IMG/VR virus record: IMGVR_UViG_3300031414_000008
Span: 1 to 64,000 of that record
Strand: one strand, 5' to 3'
Source of the DNA: a virus
Length of the DNA stretch: 64,000 nucleotides
Shown here: positions 19,708 to 28,613 of the stretch, piece by piece
Layout: each line of letters opens with the position of its first letter
Numbering within the stretch: the first letter of the stretch is position 1
The notes under the pieces: generated by a model
Told to the model about the DNA's origin: nothing
The model's input: the letters and a program-made list of their open reading frames with translations, nothing else
The model's database searches: none
Position numbers and translations under genes: made by a program

Positions 19708-20348
19708 TGTTTCTCCAGGTCGTCGATTGTAGGGAACTTGATGTCATCCCCCATGAATTGCTCCAGCGCGATGTTGATATCTGCCATAGCGGCATCGGAG
19801 TCGGTAACCCACGACTTGAGCAGGCGGGCGACTTCGACCGTTTGTTTGGTCCACTTCGCCGCTTCCTTCGACGCCTCCGAAGAGTTCCCGTTGAAGAATG
19901 CCTCTTTGCTCTTGTAGTAGCAGTCCGCGAAGATCGCCGTCAGTCCTTCGACCGGGGAGATTCTCACGTCATTACCGAAACGCCACTCGAGGAAACGAAC
20001 GCCCTGGGTCAAAGCCCAGGACTTCATGTTTCGCTCAGAGCCGTCTTTCACGCTATCCAGATACGCAATGCGCTGCAACTTCGTAAAGTGTGCCACGTCA
20101 AAGTACAGAGACCGGTACATGTCCAGTAAGGCAACGTCCAGCTCCAAGAAGCGGGACACTACCTCGAGATCGTTCGTGGCCAGTAGGCTAGACTCCACGT
20201 ACATTTTCTGGGTGCGGTCCTTGTAGAGAGCCGTGGCGGCAGCCACTAGCTCGGGGAATGCACCGTCGAGAAGCTGATCCACGAGCGGATCCTTCCCGTC
20301 AGTACCCCTTGCCAGGAGCTTGCCACGGTAATCTACGCTGTTAGACAT
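19704..20348 (-). CDS. Hypothetical protein, head cluster
   Basis: 214 aa ORF overlapping both neighbours by a few bases. Confidence 0.75.
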   Translation of the reverse strand: MSNSVDYRGKLLARGTDGKDPLVDQLLDGAFPELVAAATALYKDRTQKMYVESSLLATNDLEVVSRFLELDVALLDMYRSLYFDVAHFTKLQRIAYLDSVKDGSERNMKSWALTQGVRFLEWRFGNDVRISPVEGLTAIFADCYYKSKEAFFNGNSSEASKEAAKWTKQTVEVARLLKSWVTDSDAAMADINIALEQFMGDDIKFPTIDDLEKQ

Positions 20349-22188
20349 TGGCAGCGATCTGTTCTAACTTCACGTAGGACTCACCCAGGTTGGAGTAAGC
20401 ACTACGTAAGTTTGTCAGCATGTTACTCAGTGCCTCTGGGTCCAGTGATTCGGACAGTTTGTTTGAGTTAACACGGGCCAGGAACAGGGTACGGCCTAAG
20501 CGGTCGACAGCCTGTCCAATATCCGGGAGGTATTCGCTCACGGTACCGAACATATCAGGGTCGTTCAGCAGTTCAGAGATGATTGACGCTTCGATCACAG
20601 ACTTGTCTTTGGTCTTAGCGGCCGCACGGACACGATCTTCCATTCCGAGGCTACGTTCACGGTTGTTACCGGAGATTTGACGCTCTGGTGCCAACTTCTG
20701 ACCGTATTCCACGATCGGCGTAACCTGCGAAGCTTCAGCTGCTTCCTTCGACATGTGCATCTCAACTTTACGGTTCTCCTGTGCAGACTTCAGCAGTCGC
20801 TCAGAATCACCCGGCTGCAGTTTCAGTGTTTCCACCAGTACCTTCGCCGCTGGACCACGTCCGCCCACCGCACGACCATCGATCGCGAACTCACCGTTGT
20901 GGTAAGTCATCGTGTGGTACTCTGGCAGGACCATCATCGTACGGTGTTCGTGACGCACCATCGCAGAGGACAGTGAACGCTCGAATGAACCGCCGAATGC
21001 CGGAGAGAACCCGGTGTACACTTTGCACGAGGAGTTCAGGTAGATGTTCTTCGTGCCGTCTTCCAGTTGCTGAACGTGCATCAGACCATGCATGCCAGGG
21101 GTCACGACGATGTTCACACGGCCACCGTTCAGAAGGTTACCCTTCATGGTGATGGTGTCGCCGTCCATGATCGCCGGTCCACCGTTAGCACGGAACACGA
21201 AGTATCCGCAACCGTCGAAGAACACGAGGTGATCGTTCTGACCCTGCTCAACGAGAGCAAAGGCTTCGCCCGCATGGTATTCGTTCACGGCCAGCGTCTT
21301 GATGAAGTCATCGTACGGACGCTCTTGTTGGTGAATCACGATGCCCGGGTCGGTGAACGAGAACACGCCGGCTTCACCCAGAATCAGGATGCGTTTACCC
21401 TGGATATCCAGAGAAGACTGCGGCAGGACAGCGATCGGCACTTCATGCCCACCGATACCTTCAGCAGTGTACGCGTGACCCGGTTCGGCCGCTTGCAGAG
21501 TGGTGAAGTGGGAAGAACCATTGGACTCAACCACGACACGGGTCTGCTCGTGCTCACCGCGGATGTGATAGCCTTTCTCGAGGATGTCCTGGATGGCTTC
21601 GTTTGGCAGGCCGTCGCCGTCAAACAGCACGCGGGCAACCTTTTCCATGCTCTGGAAGCTCAGCTTCTCGTCAGACAGCAGGGATTCTTTCAGGGCCTGC
21701 ACGTCCAGAAGGTCGTACAGCTCTGCCGTCTTCTCGATCACGTCAGCCAGGTCCTTACGGATTTCCGGATGAGCCATCGCAATCAGTTCACCCATACGGC
21801 CATCAGAGGCGTACATGAACTTACCGGTACGTGGCGGAACCACGAGGTCTTTCATGTCCGGGTTCTTCACGGCGCCCTGAGGGATACGTGCAGCCATACC
21901 CACGTTCGCGTTCTGAGAGGACTGGATCTGCTCCAGGGTCTTCTTGGTTAACGGGAAGAACGCCTTACGATCAGCCAAATAGATGGAATCGATCGGGAAC
22001 GTCACGCCACCGCGTGAGATAACTGGGACGTAAAACAGGTTTCCACCGTTACGCATGATGAAGACGCCGACTTCAACCCCGTCTGAATCTTGCAGTTCAG
22101 AGGACATGTCCTTGAATGCGATTACGTACTTGCTCAGGCCGGGAGAGGCTGCGTTCAGCTTTTCCAGAGCCATTTGACTAAAATTCAT
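20341..22188 (-). CDS. Large hypothetical head-cluster protein
   Basis: 615 aa; GGAG RBS; upstream TAAAATA motif; MEKVAR, LLKSAQ, MSKEAA motifs. Confidence 0.8.
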   Translation of the reverse strand: MNFSQMALEKLNAASPGLSKYVIAFKDMSSELQDSDGVEVGVFIMRNGGNLFYVPVISRGGVTFPIDSIYLADRKAFFPLTKKTLEQIQSSQNANVGMAARIPQGAVKNPDMKDLVVPPRTGKFMYASDGRMGELIAMAHPEIRKDLADVIEKTAELYDLLDVQALKESLLSDEKLSFQSMEKVARVLFDGDGLPNEAIQDILEKGYHIRGEHEQTRVVVESNGSSHFTTLQAAEPGHAYTAEGIGGHEVPIAVLPQSSLDIQGKRILILGEAGVFSFTDPGIVIHQQERPYDDFIKTLAVNEYHAGEAFALVEQGQNDHLVFFDGCGYFVFRANGGPAIMDGDTITMKGNLLNGGRVNIVVTPGMHGLMHVQQLEDGTKNIYLNSSCKVYTGFSPAFGGSFERSLSSAMVRHEHRTMMVLPEYHTMTYHNGEFAIDGRAVGGRGPAAKVLVETLKLQPGDSERLLKSAQENRKVEMHMSKEAAEASQVTPIVEYGQKLAPERQISGNNRERSLGMEDRVRAAAKTKDKSVIEASIISELLNDPDMFGTVSEYLPDIGQAVDRLGRTLFLARVNSNKLSESLDPEALSNMLTNLRSAYSNLGESYVKLEQIAANV

Positions 22189-22214
22189 AGTTCGGTTCTC
22201 CGTTAAATAAACAG

Positions 22215-22221
22215 TATTTTA
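22215..22221 (-). promoter_or_regulatory. TAAAATA late-type motif
   Basis: 26 nt upstream of ATG 22188, at the head of the head-gene block. Confidence 0.6.
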
Positions 22222-23634
22222 ACCATTCGTCATGGCGTCGAGCAATTCCTTAGTCAGGGAATCCTTCGTGTCCGCCGTGTGCTTCAGGTAGTCGTCGATC
22301 CCTTGACCGCGATCAAAGTGTCCGAGGAACTTCGGTTTGGTCGCTGCGTAACGCATCACACGGACCTTACGTTCATTCTCCGGCAGGTGAGCGTGAGACT
22401 TGTAGCGGATGCCTCGGCCGATTACCTGGTTGATCTTCTCGTTGTTGAAGTGCGGCTCCATACCTTGGAATGATCGGGTGCCCTGGAGGTCAAGCCCTTC
22501 TGAGCCCGCCGAGGAGAGGAGAATCGCCTTCACTTTACCACTATTGTAATCCTCAACCGCTTGCTTACGCTCCGCGTCGGTCGTCTCACCGGTGAACAGG
22601 ACCGTCGGAATACCTTTCTCTTTCAGCTGGCGGTGTGTTTCTTCGAGGCCAGAACCCAGGTAGTTCGAGTAGATGATCCCCTTGTGATGTGGATTATCTC
22701 TCATCATGCCTTCAAAGTCACTGACGATTCGATCAATTTTTGTCGAGGACGGCTTTTTGGTCGTGAACCCGGCGTTCGTGTTACTGATCTGGCGGATCGC
22801 AGAGGAGAACGCGTTCAGGTTCTGGGCCTCTTTCTTATCCAGCGGCAGGTTCATACGGATCTTAAGTCGAAGCGGCAGCGGGATGGTCCCTTCAGCGTAC
22901 TGGTACGCACGGAGCTGGTCCTTGGACATGTCCACGTGGATGAGCTCGTCGGTCCGGTCCGGGAAGTCTTCCTTCATCTCTTTGATCGCGTCGAAGCGGT
23001 CCATGTAGTCCTTACCGATACGGCGAAGCATGGCTTTGTTCTTCACCGAGAGCTTCTCACCCGGGGTCACCCCGAGGATTCGCATCAGCATACCCGGCTT
23101 GACGACCTTCTTGTCGATGAACGCGTCGTCGAACTTGCCCGGGTCTTCCGGCATGACGTTCCGTCCGGCGGTCGTGTTGATCACCTTCGAGATGTCCGAG
23201 CGGTGGTTATAGATCGGCGTACCGGTCAGTAACAGTCGCTGCTTGGCGGACTGGGCAATCTCACGGACGGCGGCGGAGCGGAGCCCCGGGTTACGCAGAC
23301 GGTGAGCCTCATCCATGACCATGAAGTCGTACCCTTGGTCACGGTACTTCTCTTTACGCTTCGTGGCACCCTCATAGGTGTCCACGTCGATACGCTTACG
23401 GAGCTCTGGATCGATGCCGTGCTTGTCCATCTCCTTAGCCAGGTTGTTACGCAGTGGCGCAGGGACGACGAACAGGGCACGGCCCTCCTTTGACTTCGAG
23501 AGGGCCTGCTTAGCGGCATCCAGACTGGTTAGCGTTTTCCCCGAACCCATGGAGTGTGCAGCGAGGACCGATTGGCCCCCGCCGACTTTGTTACTCACAC
23601 GGGACTGATGATCACGTAACTTGGATTCAGCCAT
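22219..23634 (-). CDS. SNF2-family (SF2) helicase/ATPase
   Basis: Motifs HSMGSGKT (I), MDEAH (II), LLTGTP (III), SSAGSEGLDL (V), QVIGRGIR (VI); TAATG overlap with the upstream RNAP gene. Confidence 0.9.
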   Translation of the reverse strand: MAESKLRDHQSRVSNKVGGGQSVLAAHSMGSGKTLTSLDAAKQALSKSKEGRALFVVPAPLRNNLAKEMDKHGIDPELRKRIDVDTYEGATKRKEKYRDQGYDFMVMDEAHRLRNPGLRSAAVREIAQSAKQRLLLTGTPIYNHRSDISKVINTTAGRNVMPEDPGKFDDAFIDKKVVKPGMLMRILGVTPGEKLSVKNKAMLRRIGKDYMDRFDAIKEMKEDFPDRTDELIHVDMSKDQLRAYQYAEGTIPLPLRLKIRMNLPLDKKEAQNLNAFSSAIRQISNTNAGFTTKKPSSTKIDRIVSDFEGMMRDNPHHKGIIYSNYLGSGLEETHRQLKEKGIPTVLFTGETTDAERKQAVEDYNSGKVKAILLSSAGSEGLDLQGTRSFQGMEPHFNNEKINQVIGRGIRYKSHAHLPENERKVRVMRYAATKPKFLGHFDRGQGIDDYLKHTADTKDSLTKELLDAMTNG

Positions 23635-25454
23635 TAGTATTTCCCGTCTTTACCGTTACCGAAGTCACCGCCCAGGATGTAAGGGGTGATCGGGTCAGTG
23701 CTGGTTGCGGCAGATTCCATGCCGGTCGCCGCCGCTTCACGCAGGGTTTGGCCGATGCGTTTGAAGGCTAAGCGAGAAATCCAGTTCTGGTCGTTCAGTT
23801 TCACCGTCTTGATACCCGGAACGATCGGATCAACGATCAGACCTGAGTTCGACGTGTGGACTTCCGAGATGCCGTGCTTGTTCAGGTACTGAATGTGCTG
23901 GTGATCCAGGATTTGGCCAGGCATCAGCTCGAGGACTGGGCGAGCCAGCTTCTTACCGGCAGCACGCTCAAGCGGCAGCACTTCAGTATCCTTCTGCAGT
24001 TCGTGCTGGATGTGATTGATATCCAGAACCTGCCCTGGGAGATACCCGGTGTCGCCAGAGTCCTTCACCTTCACGTACTTGATCATGTTCTTCGCCACGA
24101 GGTCGAAGTGACGTGGGTCCATGCCACCGCCGTAGATTTCCGACAGCTTGTTCGACATGTAACGACGTCCAGCACCGATACCGCGGAGGTTCACCAGCTC
24201 ACGTGGATTAACCATACCGGTAGACAGTGGCTGACCGATCTTGACCTTGTGGCCCTCACCGACGATCACGTCCTGAGAGTTCGGAATGAAGAATTCCTTC
24301 CCAGAGATGTGCACCTTGGTATCACCCAGTGTCGTTGTCTCAACGTGAGAGACGGTACCGTTCACGTCAGAGATGATCGCCTTGTCAGGGAACTTCTCCT
24401 GGTTCGTCAGTAAGTTAGACGTCTGGTCGAACGGGTTCACAGACTTACCGGCCTTCGCATCGTGCTTGGTACCGAGGATCATCTGGGTCAGAACTTCGGA
24501 CGCAGACTGTGCGGCGATGACACCCACGTTCTCTCCGATTTCCGGCAGCTTACCGCGGGAATCCAGACCGTAACACTTCTGGCATACGCCTTCTTTGGCC
24601 TGGCACGTCAGGGTGTTGCGGACCTTGACCTGCTTCACACCGTCATGTTTAAGGTCTGCGAAGTAACGCTCATCGATGAGACGATCAGTACCCGCCTCGT
24701 AGTGGAAGATGATACGTTTCTTCTCGGACATCGGCTCTACGACACCGTTGTGGGTATGGCAGTCCGGAACCGTCACGACCTCGTGATAGAGGTTTGGCGT
24801 GATGGATTTGAACATGTCACCTGGCTTCGAAGTCGAGAGCTGGGCGGATACCGTGTTACCACGACCCCAGTAGGACATCGCTAAGTGCTCCGCTGGCGTC
24901 AGGCCTTCTGCGAACGAGTGAGTGATCGCTAAAGGAATTGGTGTACCGTCGATTCGCTTAGACTGCAGCGGGGATGACGTCGCCTGTTGGAGCTGGTTCG
25001 GGTTACCACGGGCACCGGTCTGAGCCATCAGAGCCGCGGTAGACTTTTGGCCCACCATGTAGTTCAGGTTCTGCTTGGTCAGGATCTTCCCGTAACGGTC
25101 TGCGAGGCCGGCCAGTTGCTCACGGCGTTCACGTTCTGACAGGTCAGGATGATCGTTGACGTGGTTCACCGCCGTCTCGTACTCGCCCAGGAGTGCTTGA
25201 CGTTCTTCAGAATCGTTGTAGTAGTCAGACAGTGGCGTTGAGTAGCCGTGTTCAGTCGCTGTGTTGAAGAAGAGATGGGATAGATCTGAGATCGTATCCG
25301 CGGCTTTCTCACCACCGTGCGTGATCACACTCGACATCAAGTCCTTGACACCATTTTTGTCTAGCAGCTTCGACGCATCGAAGTGCTTTTGTACTTCTTC
25401 AGGAAGCTTGCTCTTAATGAGTAGCGCTCCGGGAGTGATAATTTGAGTCATCAT
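23634..25454 (-). CDS. RNA polymerase beta-prime C-terminal half (RpoC2-like)
   Basis: Bridge helix SFAEGLTPAEH...GRGNTV, Zn site C...VRNTLTCQAKEGVCQKCYG, trigger loop GVIAAQSASEVLTQMILGTKH, C-terminal NWISRLAFKRIGQTLREAA; start at ATG 25454/25451 (AGGTG RBS). Confidence 0.92.
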   Translation of the reverse strand: MMTQIITPGALLIKSKLPEEVQKHFDASKLLDKNGVKDLMSSVITHGGEKAADTISDLSHLFFNTATEHGYSTPLSDYYNDSEERQALLGEYETAVNHVNDHPDLSERERREQLAGLADRYGKILTKQNLNYMVGQKSTAALMAQTGARGNPNQLQQATSSPLQSKRIDGTPIPLAITHSFAEGLTPAEHLAMSYWGRGNTVSAQLSTSKPGDMFKSITPNLYHEVVTVPDCHTHNGVVEPMSEKKRIIFHYEAGTDRLIDERYFADLKHDGVKQVKVRNTLTCQAKEGVCQKCYGLDSRGKLPEIGENVGVIAAQSASEVLTQMILGTKHDAKAGKSVNPFDQTSNLLTNQEKFPDKAIISDVNGTVSHVETTTLGDTKVHISGKEFFIPNSQDVIVGEGHKVKIGQPLSTGMVNPRELVNLRGIGAGRRYMSNKLSEIYGGGMDPRHFDLVAKNMIKYVKVKDSGDTGYLPGQVLDINHIQHELQKDTEVLPLERAAGKKLARPVLELMPGQILDHQHIQYLNKHGISEVHTSNSGLIVDPIVPGIKTVKLNDQNWISRLAFKRIGQTLREAAATGMESAATSTDPITPYILGGDFGNGKDGKY

Positions 25455-25481
25455 GTCACCTTTTCGTTGATCAACTAGTCG

Positions 25482-25497
25482 TATTTTAGGGTATAAG
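25482..25497. promoter_or_regulatory. Back-to-back promoter element TATTTTA-G-GGTATAAG
   Basis: At a divergent junction; same spacing at 27307 and 54558. Confidence 0.7.
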
Positions 25498-25522
25498 GAT
25501 AGTGTAAACAACAGGAGCAATT

Positions 25523-25789
25523 ATGAAAGGCATTACGCATCGTTACACCTTCCGTGTCTGGGAGTTCAATCATCCCGAACCTGGATACATCGATCCGGCA
25601 CACGTGCGGATGCAAGCGTTCTACCAAGATACTTACCTCTGGGGCGTCCGGATAAAACGTCGAGTGCTGTTCAAAGAGCAGGTTCCTAACTTCGCCTGGA
25701 TTCAACAGGGGTGCTGTGGTTGGTGTGACTGGAAGTCTGCGTGTCCGCCGGACATCTGGCTCCTCTGCACCGGTAAAGTCAAGGCGTGA
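25523..25789 (+). CDS. Hypothetical Cys/Trp-rich protein
   Basis: 88 aa, AGGAG RBS, downstream of GGTATAAG. Confidence 0.75.
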   Translation: MKGITHRYTFRVWEFNHPEPGYIDPAHVRMQAFYQDTYLWGVRIKRRVLFKEQVPNFAWIQQGCCGWCDWKSACPPDIWLLCTGKVKA

Positions 25790-25794
25790 AATCT

Positions 25795-25802
25795 GGTATA
25801 AG
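25795..25802 (+). promoter_or_regulatory. GGTATAAG phage promoter motif
   Basis: Recurrent motif upstream of + strand genes. Confidence 0.65.
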
Positions 25803-25849
25803 TAAAGTATAGAAACGAAGGGGTTTGCCCTCGTAAACGGAGAAATATT

Positions 25850-26212
25850 ATGGCTGCAACAATCGCTACGTCGTTAAAGGTGATTAAGCTTCAGGACCAC
25901 CCTATCAAGCTGGCTCAGTTTGACGGGACCACGTGGGTAGCTCTTAAATCGCTGACCAGCTTCTTGAATCTCGACTATGAGAAACAAGTCCGGACCCTGG
26001 CCGGTAACACGTCACTGTCTGCCCTTGGCAGTCCGACGATTGCCCCGCAGGCGAAGATGTTGGTTGACCCTGACGGGGTGCACGACATGTGGGTACCTAT
26101 GGGGGACGTTTCCCTGTGGGCATCGAAGTTGATCATGGAGGATATGACGAAGCTTGACCGTCAGAACCTCTGCACGCAACTTCTGCCTGGCCTGATGGCT
26201 AAGGCTTTCTAA
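25850..26212 (+). CDS. Antirepressor-N (P22_AR_N/BRO-N-like) DNA-binding domain protein
   Basis: IKLAQFDGTTWVALKSLTSFLNLDYEKQVRTL resembles the P22 Ant N-terminal pattern (V.l..i...lGl.w..Q..kl). Confidence 0.55.
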   Translation: MAATIATSLKVIKLQDHPIKLAQFDGTTWVALKSLTSFLNLDYEKQVRTLAGNTSLSALGSPTIAPQAKMLVDPDGVHDMWVPMGDVSLWASKLIMEDMTKLDRQNLCTQLLPGLMAKAF

Positions 26213-26231
26213 GAGGGGTAACCCTCTTTTT
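26211..26231 (+). terminator. Rho-independent terminator
   Basis: AAGAGGG-GTAA-CCCTCTT then T run. Confidence 0.7.
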
Positions 26232-26233
26232 CG

Positions 26234-26449
26234 CCTCCCGTTACATCAAAAGTTACACAGAAACCCAGTCGTGGTGCGGGTTTCAGAGGATTCAAACGTT
26301 GTAACCTTTCAAACGTCACCCTAAGACATCTATAGGTAGAGTCCTACTATATATATTACGAATGTCTTTTTTAAAAAATAAATAATATATGGACTCCCTA
26401 TATCTCTATAGGGGTGTGTTCAGGCCGGTTTGAACGGTTACAACGTTTG
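26234..26449. repeat. Origin-like element, copy 1
   Basis: Non-coding; 14-bp perfect inverted repeat CAAACGTTGTAACC (26293-26306)/GGTTACAACGTTTG (26436-26449) around an AT-rich core; about 100 bp near-identical to 63479-63581. Confidence 0.9.
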
Positions 26450-26472
26450 TCCCAGCCTGAACACCTGTCATA

Positions 26473-27141
26473 TCAAGCGTTCTGCTCGTACGACTGTTCT
26501 CGACGATCGGCGTAGTAACCTGCCATGTTCCCTGCAGCGTTACCGATACGTGACATTAAGTAGGCCGAACCCAGTGCCCCGCCGACGGCGAGTAACGGGT
26601 TGGTTTCACCCTTCATGATGATCCGGGTGGCGAGTGGGACAACGGACGCGATCCCCAGGGCGGACCCGAGGTTCGAGTACTGCGACTGCCGTTTACTCAT
26701 GATGTTCACGTGCGTCAAGGCTTCCGGAAGTACACCCGCTCGGTCGGCGACATCAATCCCGCCGTCGATGGCAGCGTCACCGGCTCGACCCGCGGCATAA
26801 CCCCCTGCTATGCTTCCCAGGAGCGCCCCTACGAGGCGTGCGTAAGGGTTCCCTTGGGCTACTAGCGCCCCGACCCGAGAACCCGCCACAGCGCCTCCTG
26901 CGGCTCCTGCGGTACGCACGGCGTCCTTAGCGACGTATGCGATATCATCCACCGGTCGTGTCCAGAGGGCTTGTTTGTACATCGGATCCTTACGCAGGAT
27001 CTGACGGACGCGGGCCTTCAGGTACGACAGGGCGAGCTTGTGCGGGCGAGGGTCTGTCATCGCCTTGAGCACGACTTTCGATTCCGGCGCCCGATAGGTT
27101 TCAACGGCTACGGGAACCGGGGTTGCGATGTCATTTGGCAT
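26473..27141 (-). CDS. Glycine-zipper-like membrane/virion protein
   Basis: 222 aa; AGAAGGAVAGSRVG...LLGSIAGGYAAGRAG and a second Gly-rich hairpin. Confidence 0.7.
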   Translation of the reverse strand: MPNDIATPVPVAVETYRAPESKVVLKAMTDPRPHKLALSYLKARVRQILRKDPMYKQALWTRPVDDIAYVAKDAVRTAGAAGGAVAGSRVGALVAQGNPYARLVGALLGSIAGGYAAGRAGDAAIDGGIDVADRAGVLPEALTHVNIMSKRQSQYSNLGSALGIASVVPLATRIIMKGETNPLLAVGGALGSAYLMSRIGNAAGNMAGYYADRREQSYEQNA

Positions 27142-27286
27142 TCTTACCTCTCAATTTCAGAGCACGACGGTACATGCCCTTTCCTGCCAGTCGGGTACCT
27201 TTGAAGAGACTACGCAGTGCGATGAACCCACCGATCGTAGCCCCGAGCTTGATCCCCTTGTCTAGATAGTCTAAATGATCGTTCAT
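27131..27286 (-). CDS. Small basic amphipathic protein (51 aa)
   Basis: Below the ORF-track cutoff; GGAGG RBS; MNDHLDYLDKGIKLGATIGGFIALRSLFKGTRLAGKGMYRRALKLRGKNAK; TAAAATA upstream. Confidence 0.65.
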   Translation of the reverse strand: MNDHLDYLDKGIKLGATIGGFIALRSLFKGTRLAGKGMYRRALKLRGKNAK

Positions 27287-27306
27287 AGTGTCCTCCATTC
27301 AGTGTT

Positions 27307-27322
27307 TATTTTAGGGTATAAG
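27307..27322. promoter_or_regulatory. Back-to-back promoter element TATTTTA-G-GGTATAAG
   Basis: Divergent junction; identical to 25482-25497. Confidence 0.7.
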
Positions 27323-27359
27323 AAAAGAGTACACAACACAGTTACTTTTGGAGATAAAC

Positions 27360-28229
27360 ATGCAGACAGGATCCGTACTGACTCTGAACTTTTACTCAAA
27401 CCCGATTGACGTGATGATCGGTGATGACCAAACGATCTACCTCAACTGGAAGCACTACTGCGACATGATCAGTAATGACCCTGAGATCGCCCCGCACAAC
27501 ATCACCCGCGGTGAATTCGATGTGGATTACGTTGCGTTTTCCTACGTCGTGCTCCACGCGGACAATCTCGTCTACGGTCACCCGGATCCGCTCTTCGCCA
27601 ATCTTGTCCGCGATGAGTTCCCGGGCTACATCATTAAGGAATTAGGCCTGATTCGGGAGATGATTCCGATGATTGACCTGCCTTACCACATGTACGACGC
27701 TGGCATCTTCCAGCACAACGGCAAACTGTTCGTCCTGGTCGATAAACTCAAACGCTTCACCAACCAGATCGAACCTCATATCCCGCTCGACGTCCCGCGG
27801 TTCCCGATCATGATCAAGGTGCAAATGCCTCGCACGGGGTTTGTCGCCTTCGGTGAACGCCCTAAGAAGGACGAGATGGCCTACCCGACGTGGATGGTTG
27901 AAGCTAACTCTCTGGCGTATATCGTGGAGTCATCTTACCGCAACCATCCGCCCTTTCAGGTCATGACGAATTGTATGGAGCATGCGATAAAAGTTAACAA
28001 GGGCTTTGACATCGAATCCCTTGGCCCTGCCCAGCGCTTCGACTCTCCGGGCATCGTCGGCACGCATCGCTGTGAGCTCGATCCGGAACAGGTCCAGGCA
28101 GTTCAAGCCCGGGATGCTATGATGAAGTCTAGTCGTTGGGAAGAGCCTAAGAACCTCTCTGGGTTGCTGTTTAACGAAGAGCCGATGACCTGGGCGGGCT
28201 CCGGGCTGACGCTCAAGTCCGAGTTGTAA
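27360..28229 (+). CDS. Hypothetical protein, possibly two BRO-N/Ant-N-like domains
   Basis: Start ATG 27360 (GGAG RBS); PIDVMIGDDQTIYLNWKHYCDMI and AGIFQHNGKLFVLVDKLKRF. Confidence 0.65.
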   Translation: MQTGSVLTLNFYSNPIDVMIGDDQTIYLNWKHYCDMISNDPEIAPHNITRGEFDVDYVAFSYVVLHADNLVYGHPDPLFANLVRDEFPGYIIKELGLIREMIPMIDLPYHMYDAGIFQHNGKLFVLVDKLKRFTNQIEPHIPLDVPRFPIMIKVQMPRTGFVAFGERPKKDEMAYPTWMVEANSLAYIVESSYRNHPPFQVMTNCMEHAIKVNKGFDIESLGPAQRFDSPGIVGTHRCELDPEQVQAVQARDAMMKSSRWEEPKNLSGLLFNEEPMTWAGSGLTLKSEL

Positions 28230-28251
28230 AATCAGGGCGGAGGTATCGCCC

Positions 28252-28581
28252 ATGCTAGTCACACTGTACATCAATGGACTCGCCGTTGATACGCTGAGAG
28301 ACAACAGGATTATCTACGTCGATATCGTGAAACTCTGGAAAACGCTGAAGATTCGGGAATACCGTCAACCTCTTCCGGCTAACCTGGAGCTCATCACGAA
28401 CGATTCGGATAAAGCCTACACCATCGGGAACTACTGTACGGTTGACGAGACGATGACAGCACTGAACGCTGTCCCGCCGGAAGCCTACGAGCAGCCAGCC
28501 CTGGGTGAAGTCATGAAGCGGGGACTCGTAGAAGTCCTGGACCGTTACTGGTCCGCTCAACCCGAGTTCTCACCTGTTTAA
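28252..28581 (+). CDS. Hypothetical protein, BRO-N/Ant-N-like
   Basis: GGAGG RBS; AVDTLRDNRIIYVDIVKLWKTLKI. Confidence 0.65.
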   Translation: MLVTLYINGLAVDTLRDNRIIYVDIVKLWKTLKIREYRQPLPANLELITNDSDKAYTIGNYCTVDETMTALNAVPPEAYEQPALGEVMKRGLVEVLDRYWSAQPEFSPV

Positions 28582-28600
28582 GGCCCTGCGGGGCCTTTTC
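28580..28600 (+). terminator. Rho-independent terminator
   Basis: AAGGCCC-TGCG-GGGCCTT-TT. Confidence 0.6.
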
Positions 28601-28613
28601 TATTGGAGTTGGC

